A stretch of 64,000 bases of DNA from Paraphysomonas bandaiensis (Eukaryota > Protista > Chrysophyceae): contig CBFFRP010000426.1 in assembly GCA_965644295.1 (NCBI GenBank), positions 62,001-126,000 of the forward strand. The letters run 5' to 3'. The notes beneath the pieces were generated by a model that was not told the origin of the DNA, made no database searches, and saw nothing but the letters and a program-made list of their open reading frames with translations. A program made the position numbers and the translations under genes. Of this stretch, positions 50,315-62,700 are shown piece after piece. The stretch's first letter is position 1, and every line of letters begins with the position of its first letter.

Positions 50315-51740
50315 ATGGCCGATATTGATAGAATGCATGCTACCCGTAGTAGAAGCAGGTCTCCTCATCGTGTACCTGCCCCTGCACCAGAGTGGGGAAC
50401 AGGTAATAGATATCTATCTATCTCATATGTATGTATGTAATGAAAAGACTTATCAGAGCAGCCAATTAATGATGAAGCTGGTAAACTTTTTATTGGTAAT
50501 TTAAGTTATGAGGTAAGAGACATGTCTGTGTATATGCTGATATAAGTTATGGGTGCATATGGTTACTGCTGATATGTATATATATATGTATGGGATGGAT
50601 GTGGATCAGATAGTTGAGTCTGTTAACATGATTATGATCCCTCTCATTTCAACACTTTTATTAGTCGTATTTACTTGTGATATGGAAGTTTAGTTGTTGA
50701 CTATATCCGATTTTGACTCTCTTGTTTGATAGACGGTCGAGAAGGATTTGGAGGATGCGTTCTCCAGATATGGCGCAGTGGCCAATGCTAGAGTGATTAC
50801 GGACCGAGTCACTGGTAGATCTCGTGGATTTGGATTTGTTACTTTTGAGGATCCTCGTTGTGCGGAGGATGCAATGGTTGGTATGCAGGGAGTTACCATT
50901 CACAACAGAGAAATCCGTGTTGACAAGAGTACACCAAAGGGTCAGGGTGGCTCACGTGTGCCCAGAGACGGGGGTGGGCGTGATTTTGTGCAGGGTAACA
51001 GAGGTTTCAGTGGTGCAGGTTATGAAAGGGATGATCGTGGTCACAGAGGTGCGTACGATGCGGGAAGAGGATATGACAACAGAGGGTACGACCGTGGTCC
51101 TAACCGCAGCGCAGAAAGGGGATACGGTGATCGCGCATATGATGGTGGCAGGGGTTACGCAGGTGGCGACAGGGGATATGGTGGTCGTGGTTACGGTGGT
51201 GACAGGGGTTATGGTGGAGATCGTGGATATGATGGTGGCCGTAGTTATGGTGGAGGCGGTAGGGGATATGGTGGTGACAGAGGGTATGGTAATGATCGGG
51301 GATATGACCGACCGCCACAGGCTGTTGGAGACAGTCGTCCCCCACCTTCCGGAGGTCCTGACAGAGGGTATGATCAAAGAGGTGCTGACAAAGGATTTGA
51401 TCAGAGAGGTGGCGACCGAGGATATGATCAGAGAGGTGCTGATAAAGGATTTGATCAGAGAGGTGCTGACAGAGGATTCGATCAGAGAGGCGCTGACAGA
51501 GGATTCGATCAGAGAGGTGCTGACAGAGGATACGATCAGAGAGGTGCTGACAGAGGATATGATCAGAGAGGTGCCTATGGAAATGAAAGGCCACCCCCGG
51601 CAGCAGGGAGGTACGGCCCAGCAACAGGTGGAGGAGGGCGCCCTTGCTTTTCATGGCAAAAAGGGGAATGTAGATTTGGTGAAAGTTGCAAGTATTCTCA
51701 CGATGGTCCTGCTGGTAGTGGGGGAAATGTTGCGCGATAA
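50315..51740 (+). CDS. RRM + Gly/Arg/Asp/Tyr-rich repeats + CCCH zinc-finger RNA-binding protein
   Basis: LFIGNLS (RNP2), RGFGFVTF (RNP1), 9-aa RGADRGFDQ repeats, CFSWQKGECRFGESCKYSH; introns ~50403-50456 and 50512-50732. Confidence 0.9.
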
Positions 51741-54091
51741 ACATTCTACTTTGCAGTTTTTTCGGTAACGCTTCTGTCCATTGACCAGAAAATAGTTGAG
51801 TGACTCGGTGTACCGTTGAGAATATGTTTATTAATTGCTATTAGATTGTGGGGTGACTATTTGTGATTGGTGACTATTTTGAGAAGTTGACTGTAATTAT
51901 CAATTGCCCTTGCTTCCAAGTATTAGATTTACTGGTTTCAGTTTCAGAATGTGACAACACAACTGGATATCGTTAACCGACGTTATATACTTTTCCTAGA
52001 TGTTTTTGACGTAAATTCGTGTTATCGTTCGATCATTTCAAGTCCATATCTCGATCTCTGTGACTTTTTTTCATGATATGCTGTAGTTGACAAGCCCATG
52101 AACCCTTTCAGAATTTATCGTGGCATTTATTTTAGAATACGGGGTCTCAAGTCACTGGCCATCTGTTGAATGATTATATTTCAATTGATACCAGAGGATG
52201 CGTGTAAATATGATTCCAGCTTAGTTTAAGGCTGTTAGTAGAAACTGCTGTGTATCACTACATAAACTAATAATATCAACTAGATCTCATTCATAATCAT
52301 GGTATCGTAGCTACATATTATTTTACTTTCACGTCCATGTGTTCTGACTTTTGCTCAATTTATACCTTTGGTCGTTAAAGAAAAGTTTAGTCGTCTGATT
52401 AGATAGAAGATAGATTACAATTATTTCATACACAATTTTGCCATTTCGGATAAACCTTGTAACCAATGTAACTCTCGCATTCTCATAGCAACAGTTTTCC
52501 ATATCTTCAACCTACTTCGAGGTCTATTGCTGATATACACATTCTGAACGCGCACTTCGGACATCTATGACGATATTGTTGGCACAAACCGCAACATATA
52601 TACAACATCAATGCGCTCAATTTATGAAATTTGAGTGGGCACATGCATGCGTACATAACCATAAATTCATAACAGTGATCGAAATTCACTCACTTAATTC
52701 TCACACATTACATATAGCTCTAGCGCAATATATTCTCTTCTTGCCTGGCTTAGAACAGATACTACTTCGGCTTAGAAAAATATCCTATTGGATAGGATAT
52801 AAAAACGAACCATGTAAGTCACACATATAATAAATTAAACTTTACTGCTGTAACAATAAATACTTTATAATCGCTATGACAAACAACTAAATTGTCCGAG
52901 AAAACTTGATAAATATTAATCTTCTCGTATAAATCTTCTTCATGTGGAGTATACAGAGTATTTCTTCATCCTGCGGAGCATGAAGTTAGCGATGTAGGCA
53001 CATAGACTGACGTGTAGCGTAACAAAAATGTACATAAGTACATTACAAACACGCTAATTATAGGCCAAATTTCGGTTATAAGTGTTAGTCATGCAGAACG
53101 CAATCATAACAACCGAACATTACTATCGCACAAATATGAAAGTCAGCTGCCGTGAAATGTTCAAAATGAACCAGGCATCCCAACCGATTAAATTGTGCTC
53201 ACATAAAATCATGACAATGGTATCCACTTACCACATGAGACCCAATATGCATATATAAGACCCTTAGTTGTCTTCATCCCATGCTAGCATCAGATGCAGA
53301 ATAGTAAAACCTGACATAAACATTAGATAAGAGTGATGTATGCTCGTACATTGACACGCATGTCATATTCAAGTCCGAAAACTTGACAAACGCGCTGGTT
53401 ACAAGCGACATAATATTGCACAATGCGAAAATCAGCTGCCCATATACAGTTCAACAGCATTATCAAAAGGCAAGCCGATCGATATATTGTGCTCGCAAGT
53501 ATATATAAAACTACCACGAATGCATTGTTTAATACCTGATGCTAGAAGAGGTTAACCTCTATTGGAATCTGTCGTACCGACTGGAACACTCCAATAGCTC
53601 CATTCTTATAATGCAGCCCATATCATGCAAGCCCACATGACTGTAATATTGTGACACTTATTTATACTTGTATGCAACAAGTTCTGTTCACAGTGTCCTC
53701 AGAGCCACTCATTTATTTTTTACATCATCTAATCTGGGAATACCGGAATACAGAACCTGTATACTAAATCAGCTAAATTCGAATATTCAAAATTTTACTT
53801 GTATTTTTGTGTATTCGATTTTTCGAAATTTAAACAGAGACGGTCTCATATGTATATACAGCAGCATGTATGTATGTATGTAGAGGTGGAAGTGCATATG
53901 GTGGTGTATATGGCATGTATATGTACGTATATATATGTATGTAGAGGTGTACAGAGATACAGATATGAGCTTGACATATACATATACGCATATCATAATC
54001 TTCTATACACTCAATCCACACATCTCCTCCAATCCACATACCCCTACCCCTTCCCACTAATATTACATGCCTTGATAACAATATCTCAACA

Positions 54092-57000
54092 ATGAAACGA
54101 TCACAAAGCACTCAAGATACGTCTAGAAACGCCCCTAAGAAAACAAGGAGTGACAGTGACGATAGTCCCTATATGAGGTAAACTACCTCATTAATTATTA
54201 TATAAATAATCTCGTATAGTTTTGAGGATGAATTACTTCATATGGAAGAAGCTGAAATGGAAATGATGGATGATTATGTGGATATAGATGAGGGGGATGA
54301 GATGAGAGCCCTAGCGGATCAAACACGTCGATGGGCTCGTCCTGATCCAGAGGATATAAACCCCTCCATAGAGCCACTAGGTATATATATGAATTAGATT
54401 GTTAATAGTGTTTAATTATAGACATAAAACAGCTGTTCATTGGCTTGATTTGGATATGACATCCGGGTCTCCATGGATGGACAATCCAGATGGCCAGGTG
54501 GTGGGGTCCCGGGAGGGACCGGTGCCAGTCGTTAGACTTTATGGAGTTACTAATTCCGGGCGCAGTGTGATGATTTGCGTACATGGCTTTACTCCTTATT
54601 TCTATGTGTCTCTTCCCCAGTCTATGAATCTTTCGGATGCTTTTCTTGGTGCCTTGCGCACAGTTGTTGACCAGAGGGTAGCTTACTTCAAGCCTTGTAT
54701 ATTGTGATATAAACACCATTGTAGGTTAAAGATCGTGCTCGTGGAGATGAAAAGAAACTTTCGATGTGTGTGCTGGGCATAGAGCGCACTCCATCCAAGC
54801 AGAGCCTCCTTGGATACCACTTCGATTCGACAAGAGATTTCATTAAGGTACTGTGGCATTGGCCAGGTTCCATCCATTTCTTATTAACACCTAAATAGGT
54901 GTATGTGGCAATGCCTTCGTTGGTTCCGGCAGTGAAACGTGCGTTTGATGAGGGCGTAGCGGTGCCTGGTTATGGTGGTGTGAGCGGACAGACTTACGAA
55001 AGCAATGTTCCATACATCTTGAGGTTTATGATCGATAATGATATTAGCGGTGCAGACTGGGTCGAGCTCCCTGCTGGGAAATACACAATTCGAAGGGAGG
55101 CAAATAAAGTATCCCGATGCTCTCTTGAAGCCGATATTACTTTCAACAACCTTATAGCCCATCCTTGCACTGGCCCATGGTCTGCCATAGCTCCCCTTCG
55201 TGTGTTGAGTTTTGATATCGAATGTATGGGTCGTAAGGGACATTTTCCAGAGGCCCAACATGACCCAGTCATTCAGATTGCTAACACAGTCACTTTACAA
55301 GGAAGTGACCAGCCAATGATTCGAAATGTGTTCACTCTGAATACATGCTTGCCGATTGTGGGGGCTCAGGTCATATGTAGCGACCAGGAGGACGAGATGC
55401 TTCTGAAGTGGAGAGACTTTATCTGCATGGTAGACCCGGATATCATTACAGGGTATAATATTGCCAACTTCGATATTCCTTACCTTCTTAACCGTGCCAA
55501 GGTTTGTACATCATCTGTGTGTTTCTCTGCTACGGATTTACTTTCTTGACTCATTTCAGACTCTTGAAAAGAAGAATCCCAAACTCAAAAGGTTTGCTGA
55601 CATTGGCCGCATGAAAGGCATCAAGGCGACGATGAAAGACACCACCTTCCAGAGCAGTGCTTACGGCAAGAGAGAAAACATTGAGACCACAATCCACGGC
55701 CGTGTTATATTCGACATTCTACCGTATATGTTCCGCAACCACAAGCTGTCTTCCTACTCTCTCAACTCAGTGTCCGCAGAGTTTTTGGGACAACAGAAGG
55801 AGGACGTACACCACTCTATTATATCCGACCTACAAATGGGATCCGACGCTGACCGACATAGGCTCGCTATTTACTGTCTCAAGGATGCGCATCTTCCTCA
55901 GCAGTTGATGGTGAAGCTTTCGGTGCTTGTAAATTACATCGAAATGGCAAGAGTCACAGGTGTGCCGCTCAGTTTCCTCCTGACAAGAGGCCAACAGATC
56001 AAAGTGTTTAGTATGCTTTTGCGTAAAACACGTAAAATTGATCTTCTGATACCCAATATCGCCAAGCATGCTTCGGGTGGTGAAGAACAGGGTTATGAGG
56101 GTGCCACAGTTATCGACCCTAAGAAGGCTTATTACGAAACGCCTATATCTACACTTGATTTCGCTAGTCTGTACCCGTCCATTATGCAAGGATACAATCT
56201 ATGCTATTCTACACTTCTTTCTTCGGATGATGTCTCCAAGCTTCCTGCCGACGCTTACCAAAAATCCCCATCTGGGCATTACTTCGTAAAGTCCTCCACC
56301 AAGAAAGGAATCCTTCCCCAGATCCTCGATGAGCTTCTGGCTGCTCGTAAACGTGCGAAGAAAGACATGGCTGCGGCCACTGACCCAATGGAGAAGGCGG
56401 TGCAGAATGGTCGTCAGTTAGCACTGAAAATCTCCGCCAATTCAGTGTACGGATTCACTGGCGCAACTGTTGGCCAGCTGCCTTGTGTTCCGATTGCATC
56501 GTCGGTGACAGCCTACGGAAGGGACCTCTTGTATGAGACACGCAACTTTGTTGAAAGTACGTACACTATTGCTAATGGTTATCCCTACAACGCTGAAGTA
56601 GTTTACGGTGACACAGACTCGGTAAGTCGTTTACCTACGGTCTGAGGGTATATGTAAAATTTATTTGTAGGTAATGGTGAAGTTCGGCTACGCCACTGTT
56701 GAAGAGACCATGCCACTTGCAGAAAAGGCTGCAGAAGAGGTATCGGCTATCTTTCCTAATCCTATCAAGCTTGAATTTGAAAAGATATATTTCCCTTTCC
56801 TACTCATGAACAAAAAGAGATATGCTGGACTGTTGTGGACACGTCCGGAAAAATACGATAAACTGGACGCCAAAGGACTTGAAACTGTGCGAAGAGATAA
56901 TTGTCTTTTAGTTCGACGCGTTGTAGATACTTGTCTGCGAAAAATTCTGATCGAACGGAATGTACAGAGTGCTATCGACTATACGAAGAAGGTCATTTCG

Positions 57001-57717
57001 GACTTACTCCAGAATAAACTTGATATCAGCATGCTGGTGATTTCAAAATCTCTCGGAAAGTCTGCCGATGACGCGGGATATTCTGCTAAGCAAGCGCATG
57101 TTGAATTGGCAATGCGTATGAAGAAACGTGACCCAGGTACCGCTCCAAATGTGGGAGATCGAGTTGCCTACGTGATTATTCAAGCCGGGAAGGGTGCACC
57201 TGCCTACGAGAAAAGTGAGGATCCGGTGTATGTACTGGAGAACAACCTCCCGATTGACACCGAGTACTACCTCACGAACCAGCTCTCAAACCCAATTACC
57301 CGTATATTTGAGCCCATCATCAGTAGCCCGCAGTCCCTTCTTTCAGGGGATCACACTCGCACTGTGTGCAAGCCAACCCCAATGGCCAAGGCGGGAAGTA
57401 TTACCATGTTTGCTGTCAAAACTCTTAAGTGCATGGGCTGTCGTATTCCAATCCCAAGTAAAGCTGGGGATGCGTCACGGCCTCTTTGCAAAAACTGTTC
57501 CGGACGAGAAGAGGAGATATACGTTCAAAAGCTTGAAGAGGTAAATAGTCAGCAGCAGGTGTTCAGCAAGCTATGGACGGAGTGTCAACACTGTCAGGGT
57601 TCTTTTCACCAAGAAGTTATATGCTCTAATCGTGATTGTCCCATATTTTATAAAAGAAAGAAGGTTCAGATTGATTTGCAGGCCGCACAGGAGGCTCTGG
57701 ATAGGTTCACGTGGTAA
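54092..57717 (+). CDS. POLD1: DNA polymerase delta catalytic subunit
   Basis: SFDIEC, LDFASLYPSIM, ALKISANSVYGFTG, YGDTDS, KKRYAG, and CysA/CysB C-terminal motifs; several short introns. Confidence 0.98.
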
Positions 57718-58488
57718 TTTCATATTCGAAGCTGCACAAAATGCGCACAAGCAAAGTGGATATATATATTGCTTTAGTGACTTCATAGTTTTAACTGTTT
57801 GAATCCAATGCTGGGTCTGGTTTAATTTATATGGTAATTATAATATATACTGAGTTGAGAATTGAGAAATGCGAACAGAGTAGTTTGTTTCGTAGAAATA
57901 TATAGTGACGTGTCGATAGTAGCTTATATGTCATCCCACCAGACGATAATATAACACATGGCTAAAATATATCAGTAACTTTTCCTAGTAGATAATAAAG
58001 AATTCAATATATGAGAATTTTCATATTGACTGATTGACTGAAGTGATTAATTCTTATTAAAAGTTTAAATTCTTGTTATACGGCGCTATGTATGCATATG
58101 ATTGCAATGACGGCTACGCATCACAAGGTCATAGCAATAAGGTCAACCCAATTTAGCATATAGCTCAGTGTGCGCTCAGCACTTCCAAAACTGGGGGACA
58201 TATGTAAAATTGATAGATTATTCTACTATTTAGAATTAACTCTGTATAAAATTTAGTGTCTGATTATTTTAGAGACTTACAGATTGTTACTGCAATATGC
58301 AATATATACTTCATTTAATACTAAGTGTGATAGCTATAACAAAAAGGTCTATATGAAATCACACGTCTAATTATAATTATTGATGCCCTCATATGCACAT
58401 ATTTAAACCACTATTCGCTGCTATAATTCACTTAACGGCCACCTCTTAACAGGTACCTCTTAATGGGAAGCTCTTCTTGTAGTATCTG

Positions 58489-59101
58489 TTAGAAATGATC
58501 ATCATCAAAATGATTGTATTGATATGCTTCAACTATATCAATAGGAAGATCTTTCCACTTGTTGTCCTTATGCTCTTCTCTAGGGAGAGTGAGACCATAT
58601 GTAACCTTCTCTTTAAAGATCTGTTGTGAGTGTTATGAGAGTGTTTGAGATAAGAGGATAGGGGTTACCTCCTCCCATTCGTCTGGTGAGACATCAGTTG
58701 CATCGACCTCATGTATGGTGTCGTGTCCTATAGTATGGTTACAGCATATATGTGTGTATGTATGTATATGTATACACAGGTACATGTATAGGCATATCTA
58801 TGTATGTATGTATGTATGTATGTATGTACTCACCATCTCCAAATACAAAATGTATTTTAGCACCGCTTTCAAAGTCATCATGAATATCAGATATATGATA
58901 GAATGTATTTGGAGATAACATCCGCAATTCAGGGATACGAGTTTCTATAAATCGGCTATTTTTATAAATATAATGAGTATTATTTTGGATGACATGAATG
59001 TGAAAAGTGAGGACTTACAAGAGACCGTGAAATTCAGGTCGCCCGGGCTTATTAATTATACGAACTTCGCGTATGGCTTTTTGAAGTTGTGCTTTCCACA
59101 T
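58489..59101 (-). CDS. 4-exon NDUFA2/CI-B8 (L51_S25_CI-B8)-like protein, not captured by the ORF track
   Basis: Three GT-AG introns give MWKAQLQKAIREVRIINKPGRPEFHGLFRFIETRIPELRMLSPNTFYHISD...AKIHFVFGDGHDTIHEVDATDVSPDEWEEIFKEK...HF*. Confidence 0.7.
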
Positions 59102-59199
59102 GATTCTTTACGTGCTAAATAACAATGAAGTGAATGCAAAACTAAATAGAAGTCAATTGCACCTGAGAAGAAAGTGAATCAATACCATACATCTCTAGA

Positions 59200-59700
59200 C
59201 ACACACACACACACACATACATACATACATACATACACACATACATACATACATACATACATACATACATACATACATACATACATACATACATACATAC
59301 ATACATACATACATACATACATACATACATACATACATACATACATACATACATACATACATACATACATACATACATACATACATACATACATACATAC
59401 ATACATACATACATACATACATACATACATACATACATACATACATACATACATACATACATACATACATACATACATACATACATACATACATACATAC
59501 ATACATACATACATACATACATACATACATACATACATACATACATACATACATACATACATACATACATACATACATACATACATACATACATACATAC
59601 ATACATACATACATACATACATACATACATACATACATACATACATACATACATACATACATACATACATACATACATACATACATACATACATACATAC
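59200..59700. repeat. (CATA)n microsatellite abutting the gypsy LTR
   Basis: Directly visible. Confidence 0.99.
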
Positions 59701-62700
59701 TGTGGCATGAAACCCCTGCCTTTTGGGAAAACCTTAGGTTTTTAGATTTGCGATCACTCTCCTTCAGGGATTGCTTTGGGCACATCCCTTCAGGATCGTG
59801 ATATAGCGATAGGCAGTTGCTTCATGCCAGTCTATACATACATGATTCTTATATGCATAATAACCATATATTCCTAGTCTACATTCTCTTGGTGTCTGTC
59901 AGCTACAATATCGATATTTAGGGAATCTGATGTCAAAGAGAGTTAGAAAGTCTAGACGCGTTGTAGAAAAAGAAGTAGAGGGGGTTCCAGTGGAACCGAG
60001 ACCCTCCAGTGTTGTGGAAGGGGAGGAGGCAGAGGCCTCCGACCGAGAACTTCCCAGTGATGTGGGGGATGAGCCTGCGAGGGAGCAGGATATGGTTCCT
60101 ATGGAGGAAGAGGAATCAGTGGCACCAGAGGAGGATTCTGGTGCAGAGGAAGTTTCGTCAGCTCTATCTGTTGAAGGGAGAGTCGATACAGAGGAGCTCG
60201 TTCTGTCGGGGAGTAGCTCGGAAGAGACCCCAAAGGACGAGAATGAGAAGGCGCTAGCAGTATGGGAGGAAAACAGTCGTAAGCGACGCAAGCGAGAGGT
60301 GAAGCGTCTGGTAGCGCAGAGAAAGCAGGAGTTTATTGAGGAGTGTGCGAGGAAGGAAAAGGAAGCTTCCAAGCGAAGCTGGAGCGAGGAGTCTTGCGAT
60401 TGGGGTAGTTCTCGACAGAATGAGAGCCCCTATGAGTCGGAGAGAGGTCGGCGAAGATCAAGGGAGAGATCTCGGCCTCGCGATCGCTCTGGCAGTAGGA
60501 ATAGGCGAGGACGGTCCCACAGGGGAAGGGGTGACCGGTCAAGGAGCCGAGAATATAAAAGGTCGCGGCATTCGGTTGACTCGGACAGAGAGAAGTCGCG
60601 TCGATATAGCAAGTCGGAGAGGGAGTCCGACAGCGTTATAGCAGCCATGCAACGGCAAATTGAGCAGTTGTCGGCATTAATCGGCACGCAGCAACAGGGA
60701 GAATGGAGTGCGCGGGAGCCTCCACCGTTGCAGCGGGGTCCGTCGGGACTGGGAGGGGATTCAAGTTCCTCCAGCAGTACCCTACTTGTCACGTCCAATG
60801 ATGTACCTCTACTGAGCTCTCTGAGCGAGGAAGCAGTCGAGAGCTACATTGAGAAGTCTCGTCAGTACTCCCTCAAGAGTGGAGGGAGGCAAGTGGACAG
60901 ATCTCTAATTTCGGCTAGGACGGCGGCAATGTTGGACTTTTTACGGGATGACGTAAATGGAAAGGCGGGTGATTGGAGGGATCCTGAGGTGCTTTCGGCG
61001 GAGGACTTTTTCAGTTTCTTACGCAAGATAGTAAAGGATCAAGGCCACGTAGAGGTGGTAGAGCCGTTCCAGCGTATCCGAGAGTGGGCCCGGAAGTCCC
61101 GCACTCTACAGAGCATGAAAGATGTGAGAATGTGGGGTGGGGACCTAAAGCTGCTGCTAGAGAAGGAGAGTGGCCAAGGGACTATCGAGGAGAATAAAGC
61201 GTGGATTGAAGAGTTTAAGCGTTCTCTTCGAATTGATCTCCCGTACGATGATCAAGCCAGAAGGAAGAGATTCTTCACAGAGAAAGTGCAGCCGGTGTTT
61301 GAAAATTTGCCGGCGGATAAGCGCACTCTTCTGGGCTATGTGTCAGCGGTACACAAAGCCGTGGCTTCGATTAGGGACTCCTGGGAGTTGGTGAAGCCTT
61401 TCGATATCTTTGTGACTCGCCATTGGGCGCGGGAGGCAGCAGATAGCCTTTCCGAGACTGACACGCGAGGGCGGAAGGGTCCCGACCAAAGGGACGGGAA
61501 ACGCAATCGCTCTCGCTCTCCTCCCAAGAACTCGCAGAGGGCGTCAAATGACGTTGCGAGGAAAGGAAAGAAGTCCAGGGAGAGATTTCAGGAGCCGGAT
61601 TGGCCTAGAGTGGCAGATTCGGAGCGTTGTAATGTTTGCGGGCGGTTGGAGGTATGGCATAGGGGAAAGAAACCCTGCCCGCTTACGCAAGCGAAAGGGG
61701 CAAATAATGACCCAAAGGTGAAATGGAGGGACTCTGCGGTGGCCAAGGATATTCTGGCGAGAACGGGTTACCATACCTTACCAACGGGGGGTTGGTCGAT
61801 TACGCAGAGCGGTTCGTATGGGAGAAACTCTAAGGGTGAGTCCTGCGAATTAGACGCTGATGTCATGGCCATTATGGCACTTAAGTCGTTGTCATCACTA
61901 CCATTTATAGAAGTAATGGTTTGTAATGAACAGGGGGAGGAAAGGATGTGCAAGGCTCTGCTTGATACTGGCGCGTCGGCGAACTTTATTAGTAAAGACG
62001 TTGTACAGTGGTTGATAGAGAGTGATTCTGTTCCAATACCTGTAATTAAGAATATTGCGGGTGGCTTTAAGTCTGCTATTGCATTGTGTAGAAGGGGTGT
62101 ACCCTTTGATGTAAAAATCCTTACGGAGGCAAAGGAGCCACCGGGGTTGCAAGCTAGGATAACTGCTTGGGAATTAGATTTAAATTTTGACATTATATTA
62201 GGAGTGCAAACTGTACGAGAACTAGATTTAGTGGTACATTGCCCTAATGCTTTTATGAGTGCAGACAGTGCTCGGCGGGTAGCCAACGTAGTGGGAAACA
62301 GCGCAGTCCCTCATGCGAGAGAGAGAGATGATCAGTCTGGGGGAGCAGTGTCTCTTGGCCTGGGCGTGCACGCGTCTTACCCTTGTGGGGGGGAACGAGC
62401 CAGCGTTCGTCTACCGCTACGCAAGAATTATGATCTTGGGGTGAAGAGCGAGTTAGCTCCACTCGAGATAGGTATCAGTGACAGTGGCGAAGATTGGTCA
62501 TACCCAGTGGACGAGCAGTTGCTCTCTCTGGGGGTCGAGGACCCTTCTAACTTCTCAACCAGGTCCGCATGGGACCGAGAGAATATGAAGGAAATTCGCG
62601 ATGATCAATTGGAATCTATTGATTCTGATTATTTAAGTGCGGAAAAGGATCCGCAAGTGCTTCCAGATAAGATATTTGGTTCCCCGAGTTTACAGAGTCG

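Noticed and set aside
51800-53800. Possible minus-strand gene divergent from POLD1
   Set aside because: Splice-like signals are present, but no coherent reading frame could be assembled.
13344-57717. Alternative genetic code
   Set aside because: Conserved genes translate with the standard code once short introns are removed, and TAA, TAG and TGA are all used as stops.
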